Shown: positions 24,507 through 38,651 of the stretch, in pieces
Numbering within the stretch: position 1 is the stretch's first letter
How the letters are laid out: each line of letters opens with the position of its first letter
Source: Pseudovirgaria hyperparasitica
Taxonomy: Eukaryota
Reading direction: 5' to 3' (one strand)
Length of the DNA stretch: 64,000 nucleotides
Assembly: GCA_010093815.1 (NCBI GenBank)
Contig: ML996577.1
Position numbers and translations under genes: made by a program
Notes under the pieces: generated by a model
Told to the model about the DNA's origin: nothing
The model's database searches: none
What the model saw: the letters and a program-made list of their open reading frames with translations, nothing else

Positions 24507-26466
24507 GTATGGAAGGGATCGAATAGAATGTTACAGATGATGGAGATTGGCGGTAGTGGTGCTCAATCCGCAAATAGTCAACATGAACCGAAACGCCCAA
24601 GGAAGCAAACAGTACAAGGCAGGCCCACGTTGGGACACTCGGACCTAGGGCGTGGTCACCATGAGCTGGTGAACTGCTTTGTGATGTGGAGGGTTGCGGT
24701 CTCGGACGACGAGCGGAAGTTTACCAGAGTGGATCGTAAGGTAGGACGCGATTGATTAGCGATAATCCAAGGGAGTGTGAGAGTCGAGACAGCACGAACA
24801 GCTCGAGAAGGTCGAAGGAAGCGCTCCGGTGAAGGTTGTGGAGATGCGAGAGCGGTGCACGTAGAGCAATAGAGGAGAATGCAGTACGAGGCGAGGTTCG
24901 TGGCGTAAATGCAGTAGTGACTTAGTGGCGATTCGTAGCGGGATGTGCAGGATGGATCGAAGGATAGGATGAGCGACCGGGAGAAGGACCAGGGTCAGTG
25001 CCCGCAAAAGACAGAGACCACACAGCTTGTTGGCACCAGGAGGCGCACAAATCTCGAGCAAGACGCAACGAGAGATGATGATATTGACGAAGAGGAAGAG
25101 AAACAGCAGGAAGAAGATTATGGATACTGTCAAAGGAGGGGGTTAGCTATGAGCTGGTAAGCTGGTGAGTGGTGAGTGGAGTTTGGTGAATGGTCAGTGG
25201 TAGGTGAGTGGTGAGTGAGTGAGTGAGCACGCGGTAAGAAAATTGGCGTTGCGGTACTACAGGTTTACAAGCAAAGAAAGACAAGAAGAACGAAAATATG
25301 GTGATCCAGCTGCAATGATATTCTACTCCCAACACAATCCATAACAATTCCAATCGTGTCACTAATTATCAATCAACTTACGGGGCTCGGAGTGCGAAAT
25401 AACAACAGAAGGTGAACGAGCACCCAAAAGCCCCGGCAAGATAGCTAGTTGGACAGGCCACCTATGTAGGTCAGCATCAGCAGCATCGTTGGCCATCAGC
25501 CTACTCTTCGAACACTCATATACCTATATCTCTATTTGCATATATATGCAATACGTATCTTCGCTTTGTCACAGGGCACAGCCTGAACCTGACAGACCCT
25601 ACCTACTGCTGTACGGCCAGGGCAGGCCAAGGGCAGGGGGCAGACAGACGCATGGATAATGACAGAAAAAGCGGTATGGCACAGATCTAATTACTAGAAA
25701 TACCACTACAGCAAAGAGGGTAAAACCGCCAACTTTCCCATGTGCCCCGCTCCTTTGTGTCATAGACAATGTCACTGTAATTAATTGTTGGATGACCATT
25801 GTGTCTCAGTCGTCCCGTCCCGCATGCATCGCATCTCATCGGAATCGCTGATCACTGATTGCTGATCTGTACACGCGCATAACCACCCACGAAATCAACC
25901 ACTGTTGACCATGGACCACGACAATAATATCAACGACAACCCTTCAAGCTACTAATACACCTGAGAGAGGATGAGGATCTCTTACGACAGAACTGTGCGC
26001 TAACGTGAATGAAAATAACTGGTCTGTCCCTGTCCCTGTCCTTGTCCCTGTAGTGTGTACCAGTACCGGCCTTTCGCTGGCACTACCGCGGCCTCTGCAC
26101 GGGCTGGCTGGTGCTTACGTTCGTCCTACTGTGCCGCCTAGCCAACACCACTATTATCTATGCCCGTCATGAATAGCAATGGAGTAGTATTATTAACAGT
26201 TGATGATGACATTAATCTTTTCCATCCCCATACAGGTAGGTATAGGGCTAAATAATGATATACTTGTATAATATATATCTGCAAACAACTTTTGATCGCT
26301 TTCTGATCTCTCCTAGGTGGGTATATGCTGTCTACATATATGTATGCTTGGGATTGAGCAACACGCGCGTCACTGTCATATCCAGGCCGTAAGATTTCCG
26401 CAACTCGTCGCTTTGTACTCATCATCTTCATCTTCTTCTTTTTCATCTACACCCCGAGCTTCCCTT

Positions 26467-29400
26467 CTACTCACGCCTCTGGCCTTGTCCAACAAGCTCC
26501 ACTATAAGACTCTTCGCCTTCTCCACTCCCTCTTTGCTCCCTGTAATCTCAATTGGCGCATCCGACCCATTGCGTGGGACCTGGATCTGCGTCCCCGTCT
26601 GCTTCCTCAGGCTGTTAATCTTGCTTCCGCCTGGTCCGACAATGCTTCCATACGATCGTGAGTCGGGTAGCGCCAAATGTCCTGTAACACTGCCACCACT
26701 TGGAGCGTTGGCCAGCTTGCTCTCAATCAACTGCTTGGCCTTGGCGACTTCCTCCGCTGATGGCCCTATCAAGATCCACGGGATCGTCTCGTCCGACGTC
26801 TCGATAACTGCTGGCTCCGATATTGACCACCGATAAGGCATTTCTCCCGACCCGTTCACGTCGTCTGTGATTAGTGGCAAGTTGCCTCCATTCGCCGTTG
26901 CAGGCGTGCTTACTGCTGGTCGCTGCGGCGGCTTCTGACCACCGTGATCAACACGCACTTTGTGATTGTTGCGAAGTACACGGAAAAAGTTGTTGTTGTC
27001 GGCAAGAACATGGTGTAGGTGGTGCGGTACCTGGATTGTCTCCCCTTCTTGACCTTTCACAAGCTCAAGGATATGCTCCTTGGCCTTGCTCACTGCATCG
27101 GGCTGTCCAGTAATCCTGACCCGGTTCCGCGCTGGGCCCTCCACATCTACCTTGGGAATATCAAGTGAGACTTCGAATTGAGACTCAAGGCTGCGACGTT
27201 TCTCACCGCCACGGCCAATGAGAAGACGATGCTTGTCCTTATCCACCTCAAGAACTTCCTCTACCTGGCTGTCACGAGACGCTGCAATCTCCTGGATGGC
27301 AGCAACGATCTTGTCAACAACTTCTTTTCTGCCCTCGACCCGGATCTCGGTGCCGTCCGTGTTGGCGTTTGGGAAGCGGACCATACGGGTGATCCCTCGC
27401 CGGTCTTCAGGCCCACCCGCCTTGATGACAATGTCACGGATGTTTGCACCTGCATGCTTGTTAGATTTCATCTTGACCGCAACCTTGTCCATCAACTCAC
27501 CTCCGCTCCCAATGAGAGCTTTATGATGGGCACTATCCACGTTAATAGTCCTAGTAACCGTATTCTCCAAAACCTTAACTCGGCTTGTGAGAAGCTTCTT
27601 GGCGGCCTCAACTGCAGTTTTCGTGCCCTTCACAGTGATTTCGACTTTGCTGTTCGGGTCGGCCTCGGGATCCGGCTTCGGCACATCAATTCGTGCTCCA
27701 GTCTCCCGTCGGATTTCCTCTACTTCGCGTCCCCCTTGACCGAGAAGCATGCCAACTCGGCTTCTGGGCACTGGTATCGTGGCTGTGTGAGAGTGATCCA
27801 CCTCAAACTTCAAGAGGTCCTCGAACTCTTTTCTAGCCGCATCAGCACCAGCTAGAGGCCCGGTAATTATCACCTTGTTTGCCGCCTGCGGTGCCTGTGA
27901 ACGCTTCCTGTCACCGGCCTCAGACACAGACGCTGCATCGTCCATCTTGCTATCTTTTGATTTGGGAAAGTTGATGCGAACGCCATAGCGATCGGCCAAT
28001 CTGTTGACATTTTGACCACCAGCTCCAATCAACAAGGCGTGAAACTCTGGCGCTACGGTCATCTCGTGAGTAGCCTGGTCCTTCCATCTCTTCAGCTCAG
28101 ACAGAACATGAGCCTTGGCTGCTTCGGCTTTGGCCTGAGGACCCTTGAATTCCACTTTGCCCTCTTGCTGGGCATTGATCTCGACATCAAAGTCCTCACG
28201 CAACTTGATGATGTTACGTCCACCTTGTCCAACAAGCATCTTCACATACTGCTGGGGAAAGTCGCAGCTCGTGACATAGCCCCGAGCAAGCTCGTCTTTC
28301 TCCTCCTGCTTGATGAATTCTAGAACTTTAGCGTACATTGCGGGTAGTGTATCTTGTGGACCACGCATGGAGAGACCACTAAACGTGTTCTGTTGAGCCG
28401 CAGCTCTCTGGGCCCGTTGATTGGCTAGGAGTACCTGGATCGGAACCTGCGTGGCAGGTAGGCTCTGTTGCTCTTTCGCCACGTAACGGCGTATCTTGTC
28501 ATGGAACTTGGATGGAGCATCTACTTCCTGCGATTGTACTGCTTTGTGGCCACCAATGATGCTCTCGATTTCTTGTTGTGCTTGCTGAAGCGCCTGTGCG
28601 AACTTCGCGGCAACTTCAGTACCTGGCTGACCACGAGGGACATTGTAATCAGAAGGTGGCTCGGATGCTTCGTACACCAAAACAAGTTCTGGCTGTTCTT
28701 GGAATTCTTCGGGTAAGGCAAGGAAAACACCATGATCTTCTCTGATACGAGGAGCCACCCGGCTACGAAGATGTGGCAGATAGAACGGATCTACAGGTAT
28801 ACTCTTGATGCGGGACGGAGGGTGACTTGCTATCAAAGACACCAAGTCTTGGTTTACCAGTCGTGCAGACTTTGCTCCAGATCTGGCATATATATTCCAT
28901 GCTGTCGGCTGAGTCGAGGGGTGGACAATTGAAACTTCATGTTGCCTCTCCAGCTCCTCGATGATTTGTCGTTGGCGGAGGTATTGGAAGAGACCACGTG
29001 CATGCTCAGCGGTCGGGTTTGCCTGACGATGTTGCTTGGCCACATCAACCGCAGTCATGCTCATCGAGTCCACGAGATCCCACGCCTTCTCTTCAGCGCC
29101 CTCCAAGCGGTTGCTAGGGCCTATGACGTAGACTACGTCCAAGTCTTCGTGGTGTGGTGGTAGGATAACGGTGCAGCCAGTCTCTTCAAGGAAGTCATGG
29201 TGTGGCACACCATGTTCGCCGACGATGAAGCGGTGCTTTGCTTTCTCAATAGTAACTTCTTTGACTGCCAGCTCTTGCCTAAGTCTCTCTACTTCACGTT
29301 CAAGCTCCCCACGGAGCTGGAGCGCAGCTGGACGACGCCCACTGATCTGGATCGGGTGGTTTGGCTGAGCTGCAAACGCAAACCTTCCATCGGCCGACTG

Positions 29401-30460
29401 TTGTGGCGGAGGAGTAGCGTGGTAGTGGTAGTAGTCAGGGATTTTGACTTGGATGATGTTTTCACCGGGTCCAGCGGGTCCATGAGGATGAGACAGACCA
29501 GACAGGAATGGGTAGAATTCTGCGGGAATATCCTTCAGGCGATAGTTGACAGATGTATTCTTTTCCCTTTCGTTGATGATATTCTGTATCTCCCGGCGAG
29601 CAAGCTCGGCACCGACAGGATCACCTTCGATGAGGATATCAACCTCTGCGTCCTCGTCTTCGGTATTGACAGCGTCTTGCTTGGGCAATTGAATATTGGC
29701 TCCACTTTTTTGCTTGATTCCATTAACGACAGCGCCTCCTTTTCCGATAATGTGTTGTCTCATCGAAGCTGGTACAGGGATCTTGAGGGATTGCTGAATC
29801 AAAGTCAATACAGTATTCAAATCGAATATAAAATGGACACACCTTGGTGCCCAGCTCTCGGGCAACTTGTCTCAAGGCGTTGCGCACATCGTCGACGGTT
29901 GGTCCTTGGCTTTCGAACTTGTATTTACCGCCAACCTCTCTCATAGTGACCTTGGCCTTAGAAGTCCTATTGATATCATTCAGAGTATCCTTAATAGGCT
30001 TCTTCATTTGATGGCGAGGGAGCATTTGACTTGGAGTCAAATCAATGCTTTCCTGATGACGACCGGGAAGAACGAGTCCAGGGCCAGCAGGGCGCAGTCC
30101 AGGCATTTGAAGAGTCGGTGCACCGGAGCTACGAGGAGCAGTATTCGCCGCAGCGCCATTGATGCCATTCTGCTTGCCCCAGTTCATGTTCGTGGAGGAA
30201 TTGACCGCTGGACCTTTCGAGGCAGAACCTAAAGACGGGAATGCCTTGTCGTCCTTAACATTAAGAGACGTTTCGGCAGCCTTTTTCTTACCAGCAGCCT
30301 TCTCGGACATAGGTGCAGCCCAAGAGGAAGAGGATGCATCCGTGGATGACTTCCCGATGTTGTCATCCTCATCTGGAACGTCTTCGACAGTGACACGATG
30401 AGCTTTTTCAGCATCGGCCTGAGCTTGGAGTTGTTCAGCGGGAGAGAGGGATGATGCCAT
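26467..30460 (-). CDS. SCP160: Vigilin/Scp160 multi-KH RNA-binding protein, about 1297 aa. Exons 30460-29843, 29793-27501, 27449-26467
   Basis: Many KH GxxG loops (IIGKGG, LVGQGG, LIGAGG, LIGRGG, IVGPGG); two GT-AG introns; spliced length divisible by 3. Confidence 0.92.
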
Positions 30461-31189
30461 GTTCAATTATACCGACGAGGTGAGGCTTCGAGATTTGAAT
30501 TTGCGTGACTGAAGGGACCAATGGTGGAGTAGAGTGAGCTTTGATGTCCAAAGAGGACAGATGGACCTAGAGGCCAATTATTAGTACGCCGCTACAATAG
30601 AAGTATGGATGATTGTTCGAGTCTCACAATTGTGCTGTGAAGTCTTGTGAACAGATTTGAGTACGCAAGATGATGGATATGTAACCGTGTATCAAACCAT
30701 TCCTCTACTACGAACTGCGAGGTGTTAAATCGAACGGAAGTAAAGTGCAAGTGTAGACTAGCTCGAGCTTTGGGAAATAGTGGAGCAACGCCGGAAGACG
30801 ATTCGGAGGAAGACGGTTGAGGCGTCTGGCCTGGGCAGTGAGCAGGCAGCCTTGCAGCCGAGCCCGGTATTTAACCAAGCGAGCAGTGTTATACGTATTA
30901 ATTGAACAACCATCCCAACCTCAGGTGCAACGATTTCATTATTTACCATATATCGCATATTGGCTATTCCATGCCTACGTCGATGACCGTATCGTTCGAG
31001 TCTCCCAAGTCCCTTTCTTTATCTCCTCCTTCATATCTCTTTCAGTAGAAGCTCTTGCAATATCGCCAATCCGGTCAACATGGTTCGCTACAATGAGACC
31101 AATAACCGCGATCATGTGAGCAAGGCACTGCAAATACCACAACTAAATGATACACAACGCCCATCGTCGCCGCATTGACATAATGTTTC

Positions 31190-32460
31190 ACTCACTGTAC
31201 TCCTCCCTCCCATCGATAGGCGGAATGTCTCCTAGCCGTGCTCCAACATTGCCTTCCTCTTCTCCGAGCTGCTGCGTTGGCGTATAGTCTCGAGACCAGC
31301 TACATGGTTGGGCGACAAAAAGTTCCGCGGCAACTTGCTATGATATATCTCTCGATGAATTGCTTAGTGACTACATCGATGAAGTACTGCATCTCGTCCT
31401 AGAGCATGTCAGTGTTTGCAAACGTACGTATATCATTAGGTGCCAGGTACCAGCTCACCTTGTAGTATGTAGCTTGGCTATCAAGCGCATCTTCAGCAGA
31501 AAAGACGTCAATATCTACCTCGGTTCTGTTGTCCAAGTTCAATTGCAGCTTCTCTGGGTCTATCTAACGCAAATGCCCATCCCTTGGCCATAATACGAGA
31601 CATCTACATACGAAGTAGAGGCTTGGCCTCCAGTTGCATTTCCATATGGGTACGTAGGCTAGGTATGGTTCAGGTATTGGGGAGTCTACCGTCGACTCCC
31701 TGAGGCTATGCATAAGATCTGCTCTTTGCTTTTTTGCGCGCCTTTTCTGAATCGTATTGTTGTAATAAAGGTTATGGGTAATTGGGTGGCTGACCTTGTC
31801 TTGACAACCAGCCTTAATTCCTTCCGAGCTACTTCAAGCTGGTCAGTGAGCATCTTGTCAATATGCAACCCCAAGAGCCTAGAGTCAATGTCCACAGTGG
31901 TGACATGTTCGGGAACAGCATTGATGAACTCGTTGCAAATTTCAGGAACACATCCAACCTGTGCCATGGCAAAGCCTTCACATGGTTCTGGCTGCTCCCA
32001 GAATAGCTGGCTGATGAGCATGGGATTGAAACTACCAGGTAATTCGCGGCATTTGGAGCGCTGTAGAACTCGGAGGATCCAGGTGCATCCTTGCGACTCA
32101 TGGCTCTCGGGCCCGAAGCACTATTGACGTCAATTGGCTCTGTATTATGGGCTCCTAGCGATTGCTTGTCTCTTGTAGTTGCGAATATATCGTAGTTCGT
32201 GTCCTCCGCCCAAGCGATTGCATATTTGTGCCCTTTAAGTCTTTTATTGTTTGCAAATTTGATATTGAGCCACTGGACGAACAGCTCGTAAGCAGCGCCA
32301 ACTCTGAGGGCTGTCAATTGCAGATTCAATGTCTGCGATACCAAAGAAATCGTAGTCATGTACCATAAAAAGCGGACCTCAGAATATCATGAGCTTCGAC
32401 GGCGATCTTCATTAGGAAATACCGCTGCTCCGTAGCAGTAGAACGCTCTGTACAACTAGC
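31190..32460 (-). pseudogene. Decayed Mx-like dynamin-family gene (middle domain and GED only)
   Basis: Fragments in different frames: ERSTATEQRYFL, VQWLNIKFANNKRLKGHKY, RELPGSFNPMLISQLFWEQ, ALDSQATYYK-intron-DEMQYFIDVVTKQFIER, EKRKAMLEHG*ETFR; frameshifts and stops. Confidence 0.75.
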
Positions 32461-32919
32461 AAGTGAATTGCCTTCTAGTGTCGCGTTAGCAAGGCATTCA
32501 CGACTTTTATAACAACTTGATCTCTAGCGCATTATGTGGTCATACATAGAGCATTGTTCACCGTGGCTATCCGTTACTACACAGAGATTGGCGGTCATGC
32601 TACAGTGACAGAACAGTAGTCCAGCAACACTTCCAAAGTTCTTCTCCTCCAAAGCGGCGCCAGATTAATGACATGGATAGCAAGATAGCTTAGTTATTCA
32701 TGAATCAGAATTATGACGTAGAACATATATACAAATATGAAAAGCTTGCTGATCAGCCTAGGAATATCAAACAAAAGGAACAAAACAAGGAAACTGGACA
32801 AGGATTGACGTCGTTACCCATCCAAGAGATTATACTTCGTCGACTGCGAGACATGGGAGACTTTGGGAACCTCTTCAGTTCTCAGCTACGACAAGCGAGA
32901 CAGTGCACAAATTCCGAAA

Positions 32920-34754
32920 TCAAATGCCGGACTCATTTTGAACAATTCCATGTTCCGCCACAAAACTGTCCCAGTTATCGCACACTTGTGACATCTCATC
33001 TCCGCGAATAAGATCACCGATTTCATCCTGGCGCTCGACAAACTGTAAGCCGAACCCTTCGAAGGTGTGGTAACCAATATGGCAATGCATTAGCCAAATG
33101 CCAGGATTGTCAAGCTGCCAGGCTATGACCAAGTATCCAGTACCCAGTAGAGTTGCAACATCTCTTCGTGGTGGATTGACCTTGTTCAATGGCGTATCGT
33201 TTGTGAACGTACCAGCGCCCTGAGCAAGAATATGGAAATCGTGGCCGTGGAGATGGATAGGATGCGGTGGATTGAAAGGCCCGGCCTGGGTCAGCACAAG
33301 CTGGACCCACTGGTTGGCATTTGGTAGATGAATAACAGCCTCCTGCTCCGTGAAAGAGAAGTCAGATTCGAATGCAGACTTGATAGACGGCTGCTCCCAG
33401 GGTGCAACCATTGTGGTGTTTCCGATTTGCCATTTGAACCATCCATTCTCAGGATCTTGGTAAAAAGTGGCAGCAAGATTTTCGACTTGCGTCGCATCGC
33501 CGACATCAACGCTTACAATGGGCGTGAGAAGTGCCGGGTCTTCGTCATGACAAGCTTGCTGAGTGGCTGCTGTAGAATTTGTTGGGTCAGCGGTGCTGGA
33601 ACTGTCGTAGCGGACTATGCCTTTGATATTTTGAGGATTGTCAGAAAATGAGCATGTTCCAGGTAGAGATCGCATCCAGTAGTCGCCCGGCTCCTGGTTA
33701 GCTTCGACGATAATATCATATCTTTGGCCCATGGTGATCATGACCGAATCAGTTTCATACGGCTCGATGGGAACAAAGTCCGAGGCAATGACTTTCAGCT
33801 TGTGACTATCAATGCTGAAAGTAAAGAACGAATCAATGGCAGAATTGATGAGGCGTATCCGGTAGGACTTCCCAGCTTCAAATACAGTCTCGAAACGTTT
33901 ACCGACTGTGCCGTCAGGTCCTTCCCACACATTCGTGCCGTTGATCAAACCATTAGTCTGGGATATGACTGGGTTGGTGTTGGCAATCGCTTGTTGCTCG
34001 TCTGCGGTGATATGACTCCAGTCACTCAAGATGATACTGCCAAGATCTTCGTCGTAGTTAGCCGACGCAGGGCCGTTGATTATGATGGGACCTTTCAATA
34101 TTAGTATCGCTGAAAGAAGGAACAATCCCATCCTGCTCACCAAAAACGCCATTCCACGCTTGCATTGAGAAATGGGAATGATACCAACTCGTTCCGTACT
34201 GGGTCGCTCGCCACCTATAGACCATGTTGTCACCCGGCTATGTGAATTAGTCTAATTTGAGCAATGAGGAGTATGATAATGATGGTACTTACAGCAAGAG
34301 GGCATTGAGTAATGGCGGGAACACCATCATCTTGGAAGGTACCCTTTTGGTGAAGACCGTGAAAATGAATGCTGGCACCTTGTAGCTCTACCTGATTCTC
34401 CAAATGTACCTCTACCAAGCGTCAGTGAGTATGCTTATCATTTTGTCAATGGGATGCAAACGCACCAACAAAGTCGCCCCAGTCCGCAATGATTGGGGGA
34501 GCAGGTATTTGTCCATTGACCTGCATGACTGGCATATCAAATCCATCAGGTGCCGCTGTCGCCTCTGCAATTGTGAGAGAGTATGTGCGAGTTACTCCCG
34601 TGTCTGGAACAGTGGAGTAAAAGTTCGTGTTAATGTCGAGATCACACCAAACAGAGCGGTCGGATGCATCATTGCCAGCACAGGCTGCTCTTTTGACTTG
34701 TGGCAATGCAGCTACCCCAGCTACGAAAGCCGCAAATGCGAAGAAGTGCTTCAT
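32920..34754 (-). CDS. Secreted laccase/multicopper oxidase (AA1), 558 aa. Exons 34754-34466, 34411-34293, 34237-34141, 34091-32920
   Basis: Signal peptide; copper motifs HFHG, WYHSH, HPIHLHGH, HCHIGYH; C-terminal ESGI (DSGL-type plug). Confidence 0.94.
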
Positions 34755-37601
34755 GGGAGAAACAACAGAGTCAACAAGACTGTACCGAGGAAGAAATATT
34801 ACGGAGCTAGAATAAGAGAAAGAAGTGAATTAATTAATTAAAAGTGATACTGAAGGGTGACTGGATGATAAGTTGGAATATACGCGAAACTGTTCGAGCT
34901 CTTATACTTCTCAGTAGTGCTGTCTTGTGAGCAGAACCCATGGTCCTTCGGAGTGAAGTCTCATTTGAGACTGGCATTGCTTTTGGATCGGTGATGTTGC
35001 TTGCATTTGCTCGGGGCCCAGTATGCGACGACAGTATGCAAGATATCGGGGTACGTACAGCATCCTTCGAGCCTGACAGGTGGACTATTACGGCTAGCAT
35101 GGCAATGACAATGCAACATCAACATCCAAGTCTACACATGGTAGCAAAAGCCAAATGCAACACATGCCGGGCATATCCACAATTAAGAATAGTCGTCGCG
35201 TGAGGGCGTTATTGAAAGTAAGAGACAACATCCTTGTGGCGTCTAGCGGCTACGCGGTACCTGCGTATTGGGTCAAATAAGGTGAAGGACCCTGGTTAAT
35301 GTCTTGTACAATCCTACAGAGTATATTTGTACCTGTGAGATGGTCTTCTAGATGGTCAATAATCCATGGATTCCAGGGATGCTTGATGCAGGGTATAGAA
35401 GGTGGCTCCAGTAAATGTTCCTACCCTAGGTCACAGTTCGACCATTCAAAACCCATGATGAACCAGGGCGTACGCATCCAAGAGCTTTAAGTTGAAAGTC
35501 GAGCGTTAATACAGATATTGAACTATGGCTGATGTTGGGATTTTCGATCTTGCTTTCAAACGCCAGTGTTGATTGGGTGATAGGAGGACAAGCCCAATCA
35601 GGCATTGCCAAGAAATATCACAGTAAGTATTCTTGACCACAGGGAGCATTGGACGCTAGGATATCGTACGGTGATAATTGATATTAGCACTTCCGTAAGG
35701 TTGAGTTGACCTTGCAGCCAAGGGTAGAGAGTGGATACTCAAGTAAGCTTATCTGTACTGGTGGACTCGACACCTAGATGATCCGCATTTCTACGGTCGG
35801 CTACGAGTCATTCGTGCTCGAAGCCACCCTGTAATAGAGATAAAAACGCTAACCAGCTGGCGTGTACGTAGGAACTTGCTTAACCCTTTAACGATAATCG
35901 CGTTGATGAGGAAGGAGAGACCAGCTGAACGGATGTACAACACTTGTAGCGCGTGATTATGACAATACCGCCAAGTAGCCTTCAAGTCCATATTCCCGGT
36001 ACAGAAAAGAGTATTCGTATTTGCTAGGATCGGATTGGTCTTCTGACTAACGCTTGTTGGGTGGACGGAGACAATGAATCCTGGGGCATGACCTAGTCGA
36101 ATGACGAATGGGAAATGACTGCTAGCTAAAAAAGCTAAAGGGCCCAGTATGGAGTATTGACAGCCGCATATCCTGGTCGATAATATGAGGAAATCCATGG
36201 GGAATGGGGCCAGTTTTCGGGTCGCTGCCAACACGACCCAACAACGGCAGTCCGGAATCTGGAAAGAAAAAACATATCACTACCGTGTGGAGCAGCTGAA
36301 CGAATAGACATCCGAACGGCATTTGGCGTCTGGTTCTAAAGATAGCTCAGCCTTGGATTTCTGATTTGCTCTAGGACTGTTGGAATGCAAGCGAAAGAGA
36401 TCACCCATTGGCTTATGCATGCAGAAGTCCATCCTAGGATATTTGAAGTCATGGACGGACTACCGCGACAAGTCTTAGAGGCTGACAATTAGCCATATCG
36501 CGCGTAGGGGTCACCGGCGAAGAAAAGGCAATGGGCAATTTGGCATCGAGAGTTGGTGTATCCCAAGCGAGCTTGATTAGCATGTTGATTGTCGGTGAAC
36601 ATTGGAACCTGTCGGATGTGGTGGCGAGAGCAAGGGGATCGATCCATCTTGGCGCGCGTCGGGACGTCGGGACGTGCACGGGCCCAGGCAGCGGCGAGTC
36701 TCTGCTTAAAACTAGCGTGAAGCGGCACGTGGAGCGACATGGACATGGACACACTAGACCGTACGCAGGCTGGTCTGTATATACTCGCTTCACAATTCCG
36801 ATTTCAGGGGTAGGTGTAAGCATCATCTCTTCATGCACCAGACGACCTGGCATTCAACACCAATCATTGATAGTGTTGCTTTTGCTCACCAACATCATCC
36901 TCCACAGGTGACATCTCTCCAACCTTCTGCCGTGCCTGGATACTGCAGCATTGTAAGGATTCTGAGCGGTCAGCTACACTTCACTGCCTTATCAAATGCA
37001 GCCAGCCTCAGAAAGACTAGGACCAGCATTCCCATGTCAGTCTCCACGCGTCTGTCGATGGAATCGGCGCTTTAGGCGAATCGTCCACCCGGGGCTGCGT
37101 GACCTATCTGTGAGGTCTCCACAAAGCAAACTCACCATGATACTCAGATCTTTCCGGTGTTGTAGTCCCTAAACAGCGTTCCCCCGCCCAGGCGTCTACA
37201 ACAAAATCGCACTTGTCATGGCGTCTGATGCCTAGGCTGCCGATACGAGAACGGCGTACTACCCTGGCTTTGGAATTGCCAAGACATACTTCTTGACCAG
37301 CGGTCGACGTAAGCTATTAAGATGAATTTCAGGCATCGTACTCACTTCGTCTATGCCAGGCGCCACACCTTGTCTTATCTTGCCATATCGCCAGAAAGAC
37401 GCAATCGGATTTCTAGAACGATGTCGTATAGCTATATTGGACCCTCTCATTCGTCCCGTAGCTCCCAGGCTCTGCTGACACCAACAGCGGCCGGTGCACA
37501 CATCTTACCCACATAGACCCATAAAACTACCTGATGTATTCAGCCTCGCAGATGTAGCCTAGAGCGACTTTGGGTTGCTTTTCAGCTTGATTCCCATGAC
37601 T

Positions 37602-38651
37602 TCACATCGGGAGCTCGTTGGGATTCAGAACGCGCCTGACTATTGTTTCAATATCTTCTTCCTGTAGTCCAACCATCTCATTGTCCGACGCTTCTCTCGA
37701 TGCTACGATACCTTGTCCACCACCGTCTCGAAAGAGTACTACAGAGAGCAGATCGAGGATAGCGGACCGATCATTAACCTTTAACTTCTCCTTAGCCACT
37801 GCGTAAGTTTCTTCACTGTCAAGGTATGTTTTGGTCCATTCATGGCCAGTGACCTTCTCGAATGCCGCAACAATTTCGTTTTGGGATGTCTGAATAGAGC
37901 GGACCTTGACATGGCGATTTGCTGTTGGTCCTGGATTCTTCAGGATACCGGCGACAGATGTCGCAATCCCCTCCATCGTAGTACCCGTGAAAGTTGCATT
38001 CCCGGAGTCGAATATGTTCATTCGGCGCTCTTTCTGATAGCCACCGATGACGGGAAATTTTTTCATCGCCTACATTATCTGTCAATCCCGACGTGGAAAT
38101 GGAATGCCGGTTGTGCAGATGCCCCACGACTTACCCAGTCGATAAATACGCCACATGCGACACTACTGTAGGTGAGGCCGGGCTCGGCAGTAGCAACAAC
38201 CCTGTCCTCGAGATATTTTAGCACTTCTGTTTTCGGGGCACTGAAAGGTTCCATTTCCGGTAGCGGTGTTTTGTCTACTGCGTAGCCGAAGTAGCTCGGG
38301 ATGAACCGCTTGACCCCAGCAGCTATAGCCGCGTCAATCATGACGAACTGAGCAAAAGCAGCAGGTACAGCAATAGAGCTGACGACAGCATCATGGCCTC
38401 GAAAGGCTTCGGTCAGACCTTCAAGGCTATATTCGGTTTTGATAACGCGTGCAGAGGCAGGATAGATGCTGTTGGACTCTGGACGCGAAATTACTGTTAC
38501 ATCAAAATCTGCATCTACCAGCGCGGCATAGATGTATTTGCCAAGATCGCCTGCAGCCTGTCGCTGTCGTCAGTTGCATGATTCCTGTCGTTCTGTCGGC
38601 ATTCCCAAGATGACAGACCCCAAGCAAGATCACGTTCTTGATAGCAGACAT
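37602..38651 (-). CDS. NmrA/isoflavone-reductase-like NAD(P)-binding protein, 307 aa. Exons 38651-38619, 38557-38135, 38069-37602
   Basis: VILLGAAGDLG Rossmann loop across intron 1; IDAAIAAGVKRFIPSYFG; CGVFIDW. Confidence 0.88.
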
